Source: Kudoa neothunni (Eukaryota > Animalia > Cnidaria). Taken from it: a stretch of DNA of 64,000 bases. The DNA is taken from assembly GCA_964304625.1 (NCBI GenBank), contig OZ199840.1:6699252-6763251 (forward strand). The letters run 5' to 3'. The notes under the pieces are model-generated. The model was not told where the DNA came from, searched no databases, and saw only the letters and a program-made list of their open reading frames with translations. Made by a program: the position numbers and the translations under genes. Shown here piece by piece: positions 1 through 12,306 of the stretch; position 1 is the stretch's first letter; every line of letters begins with the position of its first letter.

Positions 1-460
1 ATTAGGTTCGTGCTTGTGGGTAAAATAACAATTCTGTTATCAGAACATGCACAAGAATCATACAAAACAAATTCTTCTCCTCGTAGAGTTTTTACCTCTA
101 ACTCTTGAAGGTTTTTTGTTCGGTCAATTATTATGGAATTACGCTTTCGAACATGCCTTATATATATATATATTTTATTTTTCAATTATAGGGAGTTCAC
201 TTAACTTTATAAAGACTGTGGCAGCAGAATAAACTTTATAGGTTTTGTAGGTCGTGTTATTGGCCAAATCTATTTTGTTGCAAAAAATACTCTTAAGATA
301 TCATTCTCAGAAAGAACATGGTTGTGAACGTTTATTAATTAAATATTTTCAATTTTTTCCTAAATGATATTTAATATAAAAATAATTTTTATAAAATATC
401 ATATCGGTATTTCTTGAAGATTTAAGAAGCTGAAATCTTGATTCCCTAAGGCTTGATCAG
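1..460 (-). pseudogene. MULE-type transposase fragment
   Basis: Minus strand, with a frameshift, reads GEE..VLYDS..SDNRIVILPTSTNL. This parallels the 'GEKFFFYD..SNDSRRIIIFKTKES' segment of the MULE relic at 5040-5130. It runs off the window edge. Confidence 0.4.
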
Positions 461-1690
461 ACATATTATAGACACGCGCGCGACACTTGGCGAATTTCCC
501 CCGTGTCGAATCTTTTCTTTCTGTATTTAACTTTTAAGATATTAATTAAGATGATTAGTTCACGTTGGTGACATTGGAGTACTATACATTCTTTCAATAC
601 CCATATATTTCCATTAAAAATGATTTACATCTGAAGAAATTTCAAAATTTGGACGTAATAAAGTTCAACAATTAGGAATTATATAATTTCGTCGCATCTT
701 AACCTTAGATATTGTAGCTTATATTATGCATGTACGGTGGGGAACGGCGGGTTGCCGACCCCTGCATTATAGGATACCCTCAGCATAGAAAATGTTATTT
801 TAACTGTTGGACTCGATTTATATTGATTTAGTATAATTTTATATTGAATTAAGTTATATATTATTGTTTTATGAGTAAAATTGCACACATTAAGAAGGAA
901 AGCGGTATAAATTTAACTCATCATGCGACCAGAAATGATCGGCACGTGTTCCGATCAATCAATACTCACTCTTTCGTTCATTTGTTCTTGGTGTTAGCGA
1001 AAAGTTTTTTAACTTGAAAATCTTATACAGATGAGAGTTAATTTTTCTATCCACTAAATTTTAGACACTTAACTGTTCATGTATTTCTTGAACTCGTTTA
1101 ATTCCCGACGGCGGTTTGACTTCGTAATTTTTTCTATTTTTAATTATTTAATACTTAAATAAGATTATTCATAAAATATTTAAGTGGAACCAGCATTTTT
1201 AGAAAGTACACTTTATATTTAATTTAGCTATTAAAACTTGAAGGTATTTTCAAACACTTCAGCTCACTCGTCTATTTAATAACCCAAATCTGGACATTGA
1301 AAGCATTACTCGCCCCGAATTTTCATACAGAAAGAATTTTATTAAGTAATACTATCAATTCATATGAAATTAAAAATTTTGATTATATAAAATAATGTGT
1401 TTGTAGACTTTTCATGAAATATAATCTGCATATCCTAATTATATTTTTTTGCCATCCTTATATGTCAGTCATGTTATGTATAATCGAAGAAATAAATTTT
1501 ATTATGACATCAAAATCTAATAAAGTAATAAAATATATATTATTTTTAATTAAAAAAGCTGTCAATGAATAATTTTAAATAACTTGGAATTTCACGTAAA
1601 TTTTTATCCGCATGTTTTTAACATATTTTGACTTTGTGTAACGTATTTAATTAAGAAAATTAAATTGTCATGACATCTGATGGAAAATAA

Positions 1691-3109
1691 GATAGTGTCT
1701 ATTTGCGCTCCCTCGATGCGTGCGCAGAGGATTAGAGCGTTATCACTATATGTGTTTTTACTCTTATATTAGCCATTTCAAATGAATAATAATAGCTGCT
1801 AACACCAAATAATATTTTTTAATTGACTTTTAAAGTCGTATGTCAATTATTATTTATCGTAAAAATTACAATCATATTTACTCCATAAAACAACTTTATG
1901 CCAACTTCCATGTATTATAAATTAAAAAATGGTTAGATAATAATTACAAGAAAAACTCATGTGAATATATCTTTGTGCGGTTTATTAGTTTTGAGTGTAA
2001 TGAGTTCAGAAGGCCGCGATTTATTCAACAAACGATTCAGTTCACTTGATAATTTAAACAATCTTATAAAAAATTATTAAAAAATTAGATATATTCTGAA
2101 AGTGTCGACTCATTTTACTTCATTTGAACGAATAATATTCGAAAAATCCAATGTATTTTCAATATTTAGAAAAAAAACTGGATTAATATTCAAAATATTT
2201 GGGCTCAAGTTCATCGTCTCGATGCTCTGACATTTGGTTCAAATACAAATAACAGGATTGAACAAGAGTATCACGAGATAAAAGATTTATGCCAAAGTCA
2301 TCGTTAATTCACTAAGTCAATTCAATACTCAATTACTGTAAGACCGTCCATGGTGATAATTTATAAAAAAATGGTCTGATTCTTATGAATAACAACAACA
2401 ACATTGATGATGATGATGATATTTCGGCAATAATAAATCGTTTGTTCAGCAATGATTACGTTCCAAGATAATATATACAAGTTTGATCGTACATTTTTTC
2501 AACAATATTCTCTCTCATGAAAACAATTAATTGCAAAGGTAAGACCTTTAATTTTGACTTCTGATTCTATTTGCATTGGAAGATGGTTTATACAAACAAT
2601 GATATATTCCTCAATAGTAATTATGTGTGTAATATAACAAACGACGATATTTCAACAATTATAAACTTCCCCGATATTGATTCACAAAATATCGGCTTGG
2701 ATGTTTTACCAACCAATATAAATTTAAAATCAAAGTTTAAAAGCAACAAAAAATTATGCTTTGAAATATTGGATCAATTAAATACACTTGGTGGTAGTCA
2801 ATACAACGAATTTTGCAAAAGCCTAAAAAACTTAAAATATCAGTGCGAGAATAAAACCACATTTTCCATAAATCAACCAAATGAAAGAAATTCCAATTCG
2901 TATAATTTCAATTTTCGTTCCATTAAAATAAAAGGAAGACTAAAACAATTAAAAAACTGTGTTGATAACAAAAAAGTAGAAAAAATATCATTTATCATTT
3001 TTGGATACTAATGTTTTTCCGCAACAACTAATATCAGAGAAAAAGCACATATAGAGATAATGCTTTAATCCTCCGCGCATGCACCGAGGGAATGCAAATA
3101 GACATCATC
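1691..3109 (+). mobile_element. Non-autonomous MULE (Mutator-like) element, copy A
   Basis: ~80-bp TIRs (GATAGTGTCTATTTGC... / ...GCAAATAGACATCATC) and a perfect 9-bp TSD GGAAAATAA (1682-1690, 3110-3118). The internal relic YFQYLEK.WINIQNIWAQVH..LTFGSNTNNRIE is the MULE C-terminal TNNxxE motif. ORF 2571..3011 belongs to this element. Confidence 0.9.
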
Positions 3110-4859
3110 GGAAAATAATGGATTGAAATTTTGTCAGAATCTCCAAAATTAATAAAAAAAATATAAACCAAAATAATTTGGCGTAGGAATAATGTTTGTC
3201 TCATTTAAAAATTTTAATAAAAATGTAAATTTTATAACTTCTGTTATATATAACCCTGGTGTGGATATTATATTTGATTTTATTCCTGAATTAAATGATT
3301 AATTTTCTTATATTTAGGTTGAATATTTAAAAAAATAATTTTTTTTATTAAAATTTTTATAAATAAATAAAAATATTTTGTGTTTGAATATTTGTTTCTA
3401 TATTAAAGAAAACGTTAATAAACAATATAATGAATGTTATATTAAAATAGATCTCTATCAAACAATGCTACACCAAACTGGCGTGTTATTTATTTATGTA
3501 ATTACTCATATCTTCATCAAATAGATACTAATATTACATTCATAATTTGTACTTGTTTATATTGATTTTTTTAAATATTAGTTTGGATATCACAAACAAA
3601 AATCTTTAAAACATTGATTTTTCTATTCAATCTGGTACAACAATATATGGAATCCTTTGTTATTAATTCTTTTAAATTAAAATCAAAAAAATTCTTTAAC
3701 TGAATAAATTTTGTTTTAAATGCAAGAAGTATTAAAAAGTGTTGATATATTTCCGTAATGACGAGTTATATTCGAATGAATTTGGCGTAACTTTGAATTT
3801 ACAAGAAAACACGCTACAGTTTATTTCACACTTTGTGGATAAAAAGAAATTATATATACAAAAATTGTGTTCGTTGCATTGAATATTGAAGCAAAAAATT
3901 ATCAAATACTAGTAGTTTGTAACTTTGTAGATGATACCATGGGGCCCAAAAAACCAAAAATAGTCATTAAAAATGAAATATTATATTTAAAACATTAATT
4001 TAAAAAAACAATATTCAAGCTTGAAAAGTCCAAGTAAAATTAATGTTAAATAAAATGTTTAAATTAATAAATAAAAATAATTATTATAGAAGTATACGGT
4101 TTTAATCATTATAAGATTTGCATTATATGAATACTGGATATAAATATTATTAAAAAATTAATATTGCTAACATTAAACTCGATTAAACATTTACGATATT
4201 AACGCGGGTCACAGGATATTTTTTTGACGAAAATATGGATCAGGGCTAAAAAGGTTAGGAAACACTGCCTTAATGGGTTAATGAATAAATTCGTTTAACA
4301 TTTGCAATAGCTGGAATCTCTGTCCTTAGCATATTGACCAAACCAATATTTAAAACCTACTTTACCAATCTTGATTGGAGCTCGTATTATCCCACACTCT
4401 TTTTTGATCTCCGTTCGAAATTTCGCGCATACTTTAAAATAATATACGTGAATAACTTCAAATATATGTTATTAAAAAAACTAGGAATGTATAAGACGGT
4501 GTTGTTATACCCAAATACAATCATTGGATCATAAGAACAATTGTTTAAATAACAATTATCCAAGGGTCGGAAAACAGCGCGTTGCCGTCAATCGCGACAT
4601 CTTTAAAATTACGGATAATTTTAGTTCTCTCCATCATTAAAACAATAAATTTGATAATTCTACCTAATTCTAAAACTGATCATTCGTAAACTGATCTCAA
4701 AGGATTCAATAATCTACAAGTTTTGTAAATAAATCAAAAAACCTCCAAGAACCTAAGGTTAGTAGAAAAAGACCAAGATCTTGGGGAAAATCCAAGGTTT
4801 GGACGCCCTCGATGCATCCACTCACACGGACACTTCAGCTTTATATATATAGTAGATCG

Positions 4860-5520
4860 GGCTTGGTTGATTAATGTGTTCATTAATATATTATAGGATT
4901 CTTTATTCTTGCTTGCTATTAAAACAAAAACAAGAGGGAAAAATTTATCGAAGCTTCTTCCACTTAGGGTGTAGAGTCGCAAAAACTCCTTCGGAACGAC
5001 GTCTAAAGTTGCATCTGCTACCATCACAGTGGAATTATTTAAATGTTCAATACTCTCCTTGGTTTTAAAAATTATAATGCGCCGAGAATCATTCGAGACA
5101 GTCATAAAAGAAGAATTTTTCACCTCCTAACGTATTTACCTGATTTTCACAAAGATTTGAAATATTGGATATTGTAATATTTCTCCTTTTTCTTTCGTTT
5201 TTTATATTTTTAGAAGTATTGTTTTTGTTTATTATTGGCAAATTATTTGTATTCTCACTCACTGTCTGTAGCCAAGGTAAAAACTTTACGAGTAGAATAC
5301 TATGTTGATTGCGCAATTTCTTTAATTTTAGAATTTAATTTAACATGTTCAATATCCGTTTCTGACATAACGTAAATATGTAATCCTGATTCTTGCACAA
5401 ACATTATATCGTCCGAATTATTAGTTTGTGCTCGCCCTTTACAAGTTCTTAATGCACATCTCCAGAGTTGGTTCATAGATATTTTTTGTCCTTCACATAT
5501 GAAAATTTATGTTTTTAATT
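4860..5520 (-). pseudogene. FLYWCH-MULE transposase relic
   Basis: Minus-strand WRCALRTCKGRAQT (FLYWCH-like) near 5430-5470. ORF 4734..5123 has VMVADATLDVVPKEFLRLYTL...FPLVFVLIASKNKESY, the MULE DDE core DGTF..P..F.QLYT..PLV..L..K...Y. Confidence 0.75.
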
Positions 5521-5599
5521 TCTTCCTTATGCATCTTCCGCCATGCCATCAAAAATATATGACGATCCTTTAATTTATTTGATCCCTTATAGCAGTTTT

Positions 5600-8500
5600 T
5601 ATCTCAAACATCTTGTAAGGTCAATCTATTCTATCACAGTGAGTTCTGTGGAATGTAAAAGACATGCCTCAAGGGCTGGGTTACCGTTGCAAAAGATCCG
5701 TAGTCGCTTAAAGCTACGTCATTTTGAGAAGTTAGTTTTTCTCAGAGATTACAACTCGGCTAAATCATTATGATAGTTGTTGAACCAAATTAAATGTGCG
5801 AAAGTTTTTTAAAGGCACTGGCTATCGACACTTCAGGTAATTTAAACCACATACAAATCTATAATTATAAATGCAAAAGCCCCAACAAAATAACTGATAA
5901 TGATAAACGAATCCCTTGTGAAAAACAAAGAATGACTATTGGAGATGAGAACGTTGAACATGGCATAGATGAAACACTCCCATTATTGTTAGATGATTTT
6001 AATTCGGATGTAGAAAGTTCCCCATCCAATCTTTGTGGAAAAACATCCAATAATAAAAATAGTTTTATTTTATACATCCTAAATATATATATTTATTAGA
6101 TTTACTTACTTCAATACTAAAAATGCTATATCAAATATAGATAAAAGATAAATACTCCTACCCCATTGATGAAGTGTTCTCATTAACTCTCCCAAACTCT
6201 AACACTATAATGTTGGGTTTTGACTCGGTATGCTTTAATAAAAACACAAAACAAAAAAGCAATCATTTATGCATGGTTATGTCGCCTCACGGAACAAAAA
6301 TAAAATGCCACAACAGTGAATGCAAACATTCTTGTTTGGATTTACCAATCAACATCATTATCAAAGCAATATCTTCACCGCAGGAAATAACACAATCCAT
6401 ACTTGAATATATTCAAAAAAACGATTCCGAGATTGACAGTTTCAAAATTGACAACATTAATTCCATAATTGACGCTGAAACAACCGAAAAATTAAAAATA
6501 TTAAATTTTGATAAGGAAAACAATGAAAATTTACAACATGCAGTCACTCATAGTGATTACTATTTGTATAAAATAGCAAAAATTGAAATGTCCAAAGACC
6601 CCCAATTTAATATTTATAATTTTTACACCACCCACAACACAAACATAACAACGCGGTGAGTGATAACGTGTTTCTTTCTACTAGCCAAAATAAAAAAAGA
6701 GAAGAATTGTTAGTGTGGAAGAAAAACGATACATTATGAGCAATGCAATGGATTTATTTTCTAATCAACAATCAAGAGACCAATTTGAATATTTCATTAA
6801 TGATATATCAGAGATTAATGATATACATTGTTTTATTACATATTTGGGTAAGCTTTTTTTCTAATGTTAACCTCTAAAAACTACATCTAGAGGATAAATT
6901 TGTTTATTCTGAGGCCAGCCATAAATATTTCAAATTGGATATTTTATCAAATATATACGTACAAATAAATAAGATACAATTTTTTCTTTGTTTCAACAGG
7001 ACATGGATTATTTAATTCACGGTATAATTGTATATAATTTATTTTGCTTAATATGTGTAGATATTATAAAAAATTTAGAAAAAATAGACCGCGATTTCGC
7101 GTTCGTCATATCTTATTTGTTAAACAAACTTAGAAAACTAAATGTATATGCTACAATAAAAAGTTTGTTGGAAGGTTTTTACACGTCGCACGCCAAAAAG
7201 ATGAATGACGTGTTCCCTTCAAAAGAGTGGTTTTTTTAAGAATTGTAGAATGTCTCAAAACAATAAAAGTCACATTGAACCAATTAACCGAAAGGATAAT
7301 TATGTCAATTTTTTTCCTTCAATTATGAAAAACCAATCTACAAATTTAACTCCACATTCAATCCAAATTCTATAATTAAAACATATTTTTTTTACAAGGT
7401 AAAACCTCTGACGCAACTTATTAGGTTGTGGAATTCTGGTTGGTCAGACCTCTTCTATTAACGCTTTAGGCACCGCAGGACGTAACATGAAACCTCGTCG
7501 CTTATCTTTATGCGGTAGTGTGGAACTTTTAACCCACTAAACATCCTCGTCTCAGGGCGACCACCACCCCAAACCCTATCCCTTTAAGGACGTTGACTCC
7601 GTGGGAAATGCAAATCACTTTGCTTTTCGATGAATTCCGGGGATTCAAGCTCCTATTCACGCGAATTTAGTTGCCAGTGCATCCCACTCCACAGCGAGCA
7701 TACACGTTAACCACAGCTCCCAAATATGAGATAGAGACCCATCGACACGGAAATAGTAGTCTGACCACCGGCGGATTCGAACCAATTACCTCAAGGTTCT
7801 GAGTCCGAGTGTCACACCGATGTGCTATCTGTCCACGGCTAATTAAAGCATATTTTGAGAATGAAAATTCAATCAAATCTCTTAAATTTTGTTTAAAGAA
7901 GGCAATATTCCAAAGGGAAACCCCAACATTACAAAAAATAGTTTTCTTTGGAACTGGGGAAAAACGGAAGAACCACCTTGCTGCAGCACATGGTAAAATC
8001 GTTAATGGGAGATTGTTTCTTAAAACTACCTGTAAACTTTTTAAATTTTTTGACCACCACTTCAAAAAACGACAGCAGCCTATTCGCACTAACTTCGATT
8101 AATTCAAAAATGGTATGTGTGATATCCGAGCCTCCATCAGATTTAATGGATTCTGTTGTGTCCAAATTTATCACATGCACGAATGAAATACCTCAATTTT
8201 CAGTTTTTGATTACGCCTTAGACAGAAGAGTTGAAATTATACATTTCACAATCCCAACCCAGCCTTCATTGAAGCTTTTCCAGCCCCTTTTTTTTGAATG
8301 CCCTTTTCGATTTCATCGTGTCCATCCCCGATGAAGACATTGGGGATCTATATTTGGAAAGTACTCGAAAATGTCTTGGTTGTACTGATCAAGGTGACTT
8401 TGAGAATATATGTTGTGAAAACATTGGAATACTCTTCCATAAAAACTGATTATATTATGTTTGATGTTTTTATGGAAGAGCATGATTCATCAATCCGAAA

Positions 8501-8653
8501 GGGTTCTTTTATTATCAAAAATTAAAAAAACAATTTAAAGAAATTATTGTATGGAATATCTTTCATAATGATTGTACAAAACTTTCTGAGAGTCGGGTTT
8601 CAAAGAACAAAGAAACTTTCACTACATTCAAATGTTTGAAATATAAAACGTGA
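5600..8653 (+). pseudogene. Decayed, intron-containing D5-like primase-helicase (Zn finger + D5_N-like + SF3 helicase), interrupted by a SINE
   Basis: CFNKNTKQKSNHLCMVMSPHGTKIKCHNSEC (PrimPol/UL52-type Zn finger) in ORF 6174..6659, and D5_N-like DKFVYSEASHKYF. Walker A is FFGTG-KNGRTTLL with a 1-nt frameshift at the G run 7956-7959. Walker B is VCVISEP, and motif C/Arg finger is CTNEIPQFSVFDYALDRRVEIIHF. GT-AG introns lie at 6656-6684, 6848-6890, 6959-6999 and 7022-7060. The 5' boundary is uncertain. Confidence 0.75.
7387..7839 (-). mobile_element. tRNA-derived SINE, copy 1
   Basis: The minus strand has A-box-like TAGCACATCGG and B box GGTTCGAATCC, a ~370-nt body and an oligo-A tail. The ~14-bp TSD is TAATTAAA(A/G)CATAT (7373-7386, 7840-7853). 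The body is repeated at ~28030-28390. Confidence 0.85.
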
Positions 8654-8820
8654 ATTCTATATCGTCGATTATCTCTAACGTATTTTCTAGACGGTACAAT
8701 GTGAAGATATAAAACAATAAATCATCGTCGATTGAATTTTCAAAATACAATTCACATTATCCGCACGTAATTCTACTACATTTTCTGTCAATTTCGATTG
8801 AAAAATTTTATTTATACAAT

Positions 8821-8993
8821 TGTTAGGGCTTCCAGATGGTTCTAGTTTAACATAGAATACATTGAAAGCTTCTATAACAACCTATCATCGGCCTAAATGT
8901 TTCTAGAACATTCTGGATCCTAAATTCCATATATAAACAGCTTTATAGATGTACATATAGTGATATTAATAACAATGGTGTCTTGTCTTAACA
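8821..8993 (+). mobile_element. Solo LTR (173 bp)
   Basis: TGTTAGG...CTTAACA termini, 5-bp TSD ACAAT (8816-8820, 8994-8998), and an internal TATATAAA. Confidence 0.75.
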
Positions 8994-9373
8994 ACAATAT
9001 TTATTCATTATTTATGAAATAATAAATTAATGAAATTTCATCAGAGCAGGTGTTGTAATTACTTTAAATATAGATATATTGTGTTGTATATATATTCCAT
9101 TAATTAGATAATGATCACGTTAATGAATAAATAACGATATTTTACATGTTAAATACAACATATATAAACGAATTATTAATCTTAATGATGTATAGTGTCA
9201 GTGAACAGCTCAATGTAGTAATAAATTTTCGAAGAATACTCGGTTATAAGAAGATTTGAGCAGGATTAACCCCCAATATAGCTCTGCCTCATTTTGGCGC
9301 ATGCGAAGGTAGGTTAAAATGTAGAATAGTGACCTAATTTTCAGATTATAGATTTTAATTAGTTCAAATATTA

Positions 9374-11234
9374 CAGCAAGGTCTCGATATAGCGTGGTTT
9401 TCAATTTGTAGTCTTTGTTTAATTCACACTGTACAATTAATTGGCTGAAATGTTGTTATATGGTTAATAGAATATGTTTTCATATTTATATATATTTTTT
9501 TTATGTAAGATCAGTGAAAATCGAGGGCCTTGCTACTGGCTACTGCGTGGCTTTTTTCCATAAAATAATCCGATTAATCCGCCTTTTGTACCGTTACAGA
9601 AGTTGAAATGGTTGGGTGTCAGAGAAGCATTAAGGATAAACGAGAAATAATATTGTATTATGAATTATTAGGATCGATTCCTAGGGCCAATGCTTTAACA
9701 ATAAAGAAATTTAACCTGTCTAGTAAGCATCAATTTCTAATCATTATTAAATAAACATAGGCTATTCTTCGTTGGATAGAATGTTGTCTAAGGAAAGTGA
9801 AATCATCGATTCAAATTTTTCTGATAGTCGTATTAGAATAAAAAACGGGAAATATGATGAGCTTGAAAGTCTACTGTTCAACTGGATTGTTCTCCAAAGA
9901 GAAAAGAAGAAAAATATTCCGGGATTTATTATTCACGATTTTAATTGTAGTAAAGGTTGGTTCTCTAATTTCAAGACAAGATATTGTTTGACGAATATCA
10001 GATTACATGGAGAGGCTGGAAATGCTGATGTAAGTGCGATCCCTGAATGGATTAACAATAATTCAAATATTCTTGGCAAGTATAAAGGGGAAGATATTAT
10101 AAATATGGATGAAGCCGCCCTTTTCTACGAACAATTACCTCAGCGAACCTATGTCACCAAGCACGAATCTGGTATAAGAGGTACAAAACAGTCCAAAAAA
10201 AGAGTAACAATATTGGTTATTGCTTCAAGTACCGGCGAGAAATTTCCACTTTACGTGATTGGAAAATTTAAGAAGCCGCGTTGTTTTAATGGGGTCAAAA
10301 ATCTCCCAGTAAGTTATAAGTCTCAAAAAATGGTTGGATGTCCGCGGCTCTATTCTTAGAAATCCTAAAAAATTTAGATAACAAGTTCAGTCAAGAAAAT
10401 AGAAAAGTCCTTATCCTGCTTGATCAATGCTCATCTCATCCCAATTTAACGAACCACTTTAATAACAATGAATTGTTGTTCCTACCTAAAAACACCACCA
10501 GTGTCCTCCAGCCAATGGATCTCGGCATCATTCATAGTTTGAAGGCAAACTACCGCAAATCGTTGGTCAGAAAGTTTCTGTCTGACGAGGATATTTCAAC
10601 CCCTTCAAATACACGATTACGGATTGTTTTCATACGTTGAATGAAACATGGGACATGGTAGAGAGAAAAACTATTGAAAACTGTTTCAAGAAATCTCAGA
10701 TATTTAGAATTCGTAGGATTAACTAATAAATTAATATTAATATAATATAAAGAGGATACTAACGCAGACGTCGACTCCGCATTTGAAACAATAATTGTTG
10801 GGAAATATGCATTTCAGGTAAGTTTGTTTCAAATAAATTCCTAGACGACTTTGACGATGTAAGTAAATTGGAGGGAGCTGAAACCGTACGTGCGGACGCA
10901 TCATATCAAATCGATAAGGATATTTCTATTGTTTCAAAATGCGGTAAAGATCCGGATTTTGATGAAAATAATGGAATAGTTAGCTCTACCGAATTAAAAA
11001 ATGTGATAAATATTATCAGAAAAGCTTATATGCGAGAGAATCCTGCTGTTTTAGTCTATACTCATCCCATAATGGACGAAATATATAAAATTATTAAAAA
11101 TAGAGATAAGTTTAAAAAATAGATGGTTTTTTTGTTAAAAATTAATGTTGTTCGTTGTTTTCGCGTGCGCCAGTCTCGGTATTGCGTGGAAAATTCCTGT
11201 CCCCAAAAAAACACGCAATATCGAGATCTTATTG
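9374..11234 (+). mobile_element. pogo/Tigger-like DNA transposon, transposase frameshifted
   Basis: TIRs CAGCAAGGTCTCGATATAGCGTG / RC CAATAAGATCTCGATATTGCGTG, with TA at the left end. ORFs 9772..10359 and 10338..10640 carry a CENP-B-type HTH (SKGWFSNFKTR, LHGEAG) and DDE_1 motifs NMDEAALF, LLDQCSSH and QPMDLGII. Confidence 0.9.
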
Positions 11235-11751
11235 CAATCGTATATTTTTAAACCCAGATTAGCATTATATTTATGTTGTAATTTTTTCCAGTAATGATTT
11301 ATTTTCATTCAATATATTACTTTTGATATTATGATTATTCATTTGCTACAATTGAACATCTAATGCCCACATAAAATACGAATTTATTTTTCTTATAGAC
11401 ATAGGTTTAACAATAGGCAATTGCTAAAGACGAAATATGACAATACAACAAAATTAGAGTTGTCTGACTTAAATTCTACAACACATAGAGCATGCTTTAC
11501 TTGAGCCAACTTAATTGGTGGTATAGCCTGTCGAAATAATCGCGAGGGACTAGGAGTTCTCTGCATTAGTAGATTACTGCGAATGCTTTTGTGATGACAA
11601 ATAGCGGTTGGTGAAAGTACCCTATTGATGGCACAATATTGAACAATACTCATTATTAAAATATTCAACGGGTTCATTTCTGTACGTTGTCGCTGCTTCG
11701 GATTACGGCCATTATTCTGTATTTTTATCCACAAAAATTTTTAATCAAAAA

Positions 11752-11928
11752 CAGCGCTTCTCAACTAAAACTGGACTCGCACCCACATTTGATAACAAAA
11801 CGAAATTCGCACTTTTTCACATATGATAAGATGTAACTGACTCAAAATTGATCAAAAATTATTTTCAATTTTGATCGGATCTCGCACCATCTGAGACCAA
11901 AGTTCGTACCCTTAGTTGGGAACCCCTA
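11752..11928. mobile_element. hAT-type MITE, same family as 35700-35882 in the opposite orientation
   Basis: Its CAGCGCTTCTCAACTAAAACTGGACTCGCACCC start matches the RC of the 35700-35882 end. The right end is AGTTGGGAACCCCTA. No clear TSD. Confidence 0.55.
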
Positions 11929-12306
11929 GTTTATGATTAAAATGTACCGCGCCAATAATCTCTGTCTTTTTAAAATCTCCCTTTACGGGATAACTTTTAT
12001 CATTTGGATAAATAAAGTGTTTCAAATCCATTTTTTTAAATAATTTCTAAATTTTATATTCACCGCAGCTAATCTTTTCGGTTTGTACGCTGATTTTAAA
12101 TTATCCCTTGAAAAAACCTTAAGTTCTTTAAAATTGGACGATAAAAGTGCCGTAATGTCAGTTTCCACAAAATTGAAATTTGCTATTATAACGCCCTTTA
12201 AAGAGTAATTTATTCTGTTAGTTTTCGTTTCATCTAAAATGATATAAATGTTCGTGTTCTGATAATAAAATAATTTTTTTGATAACAGATTCATCAAGTT
12301 TTTTAA

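Noticed and set aside
625-665. CTGAAGA...AATAAA resembling a Penelope-type minimal hammerhead
   Set aside because: The GAAA core is absent (GGAC) and no Penelope RT or GIY-YIG sequence is nearby.
7760-7839. Stand-alone tRNA gene
   Set aside because: Acceptor and anticodon stems do not pair properly; it is the head of a repeated, A-tailed, TSD-flanked SINE.
7667-8089. 140-aa minus-strand ORF
   Set aside because: It is the antisense of the helicase region running into the SINE; there is no independent coding signal.
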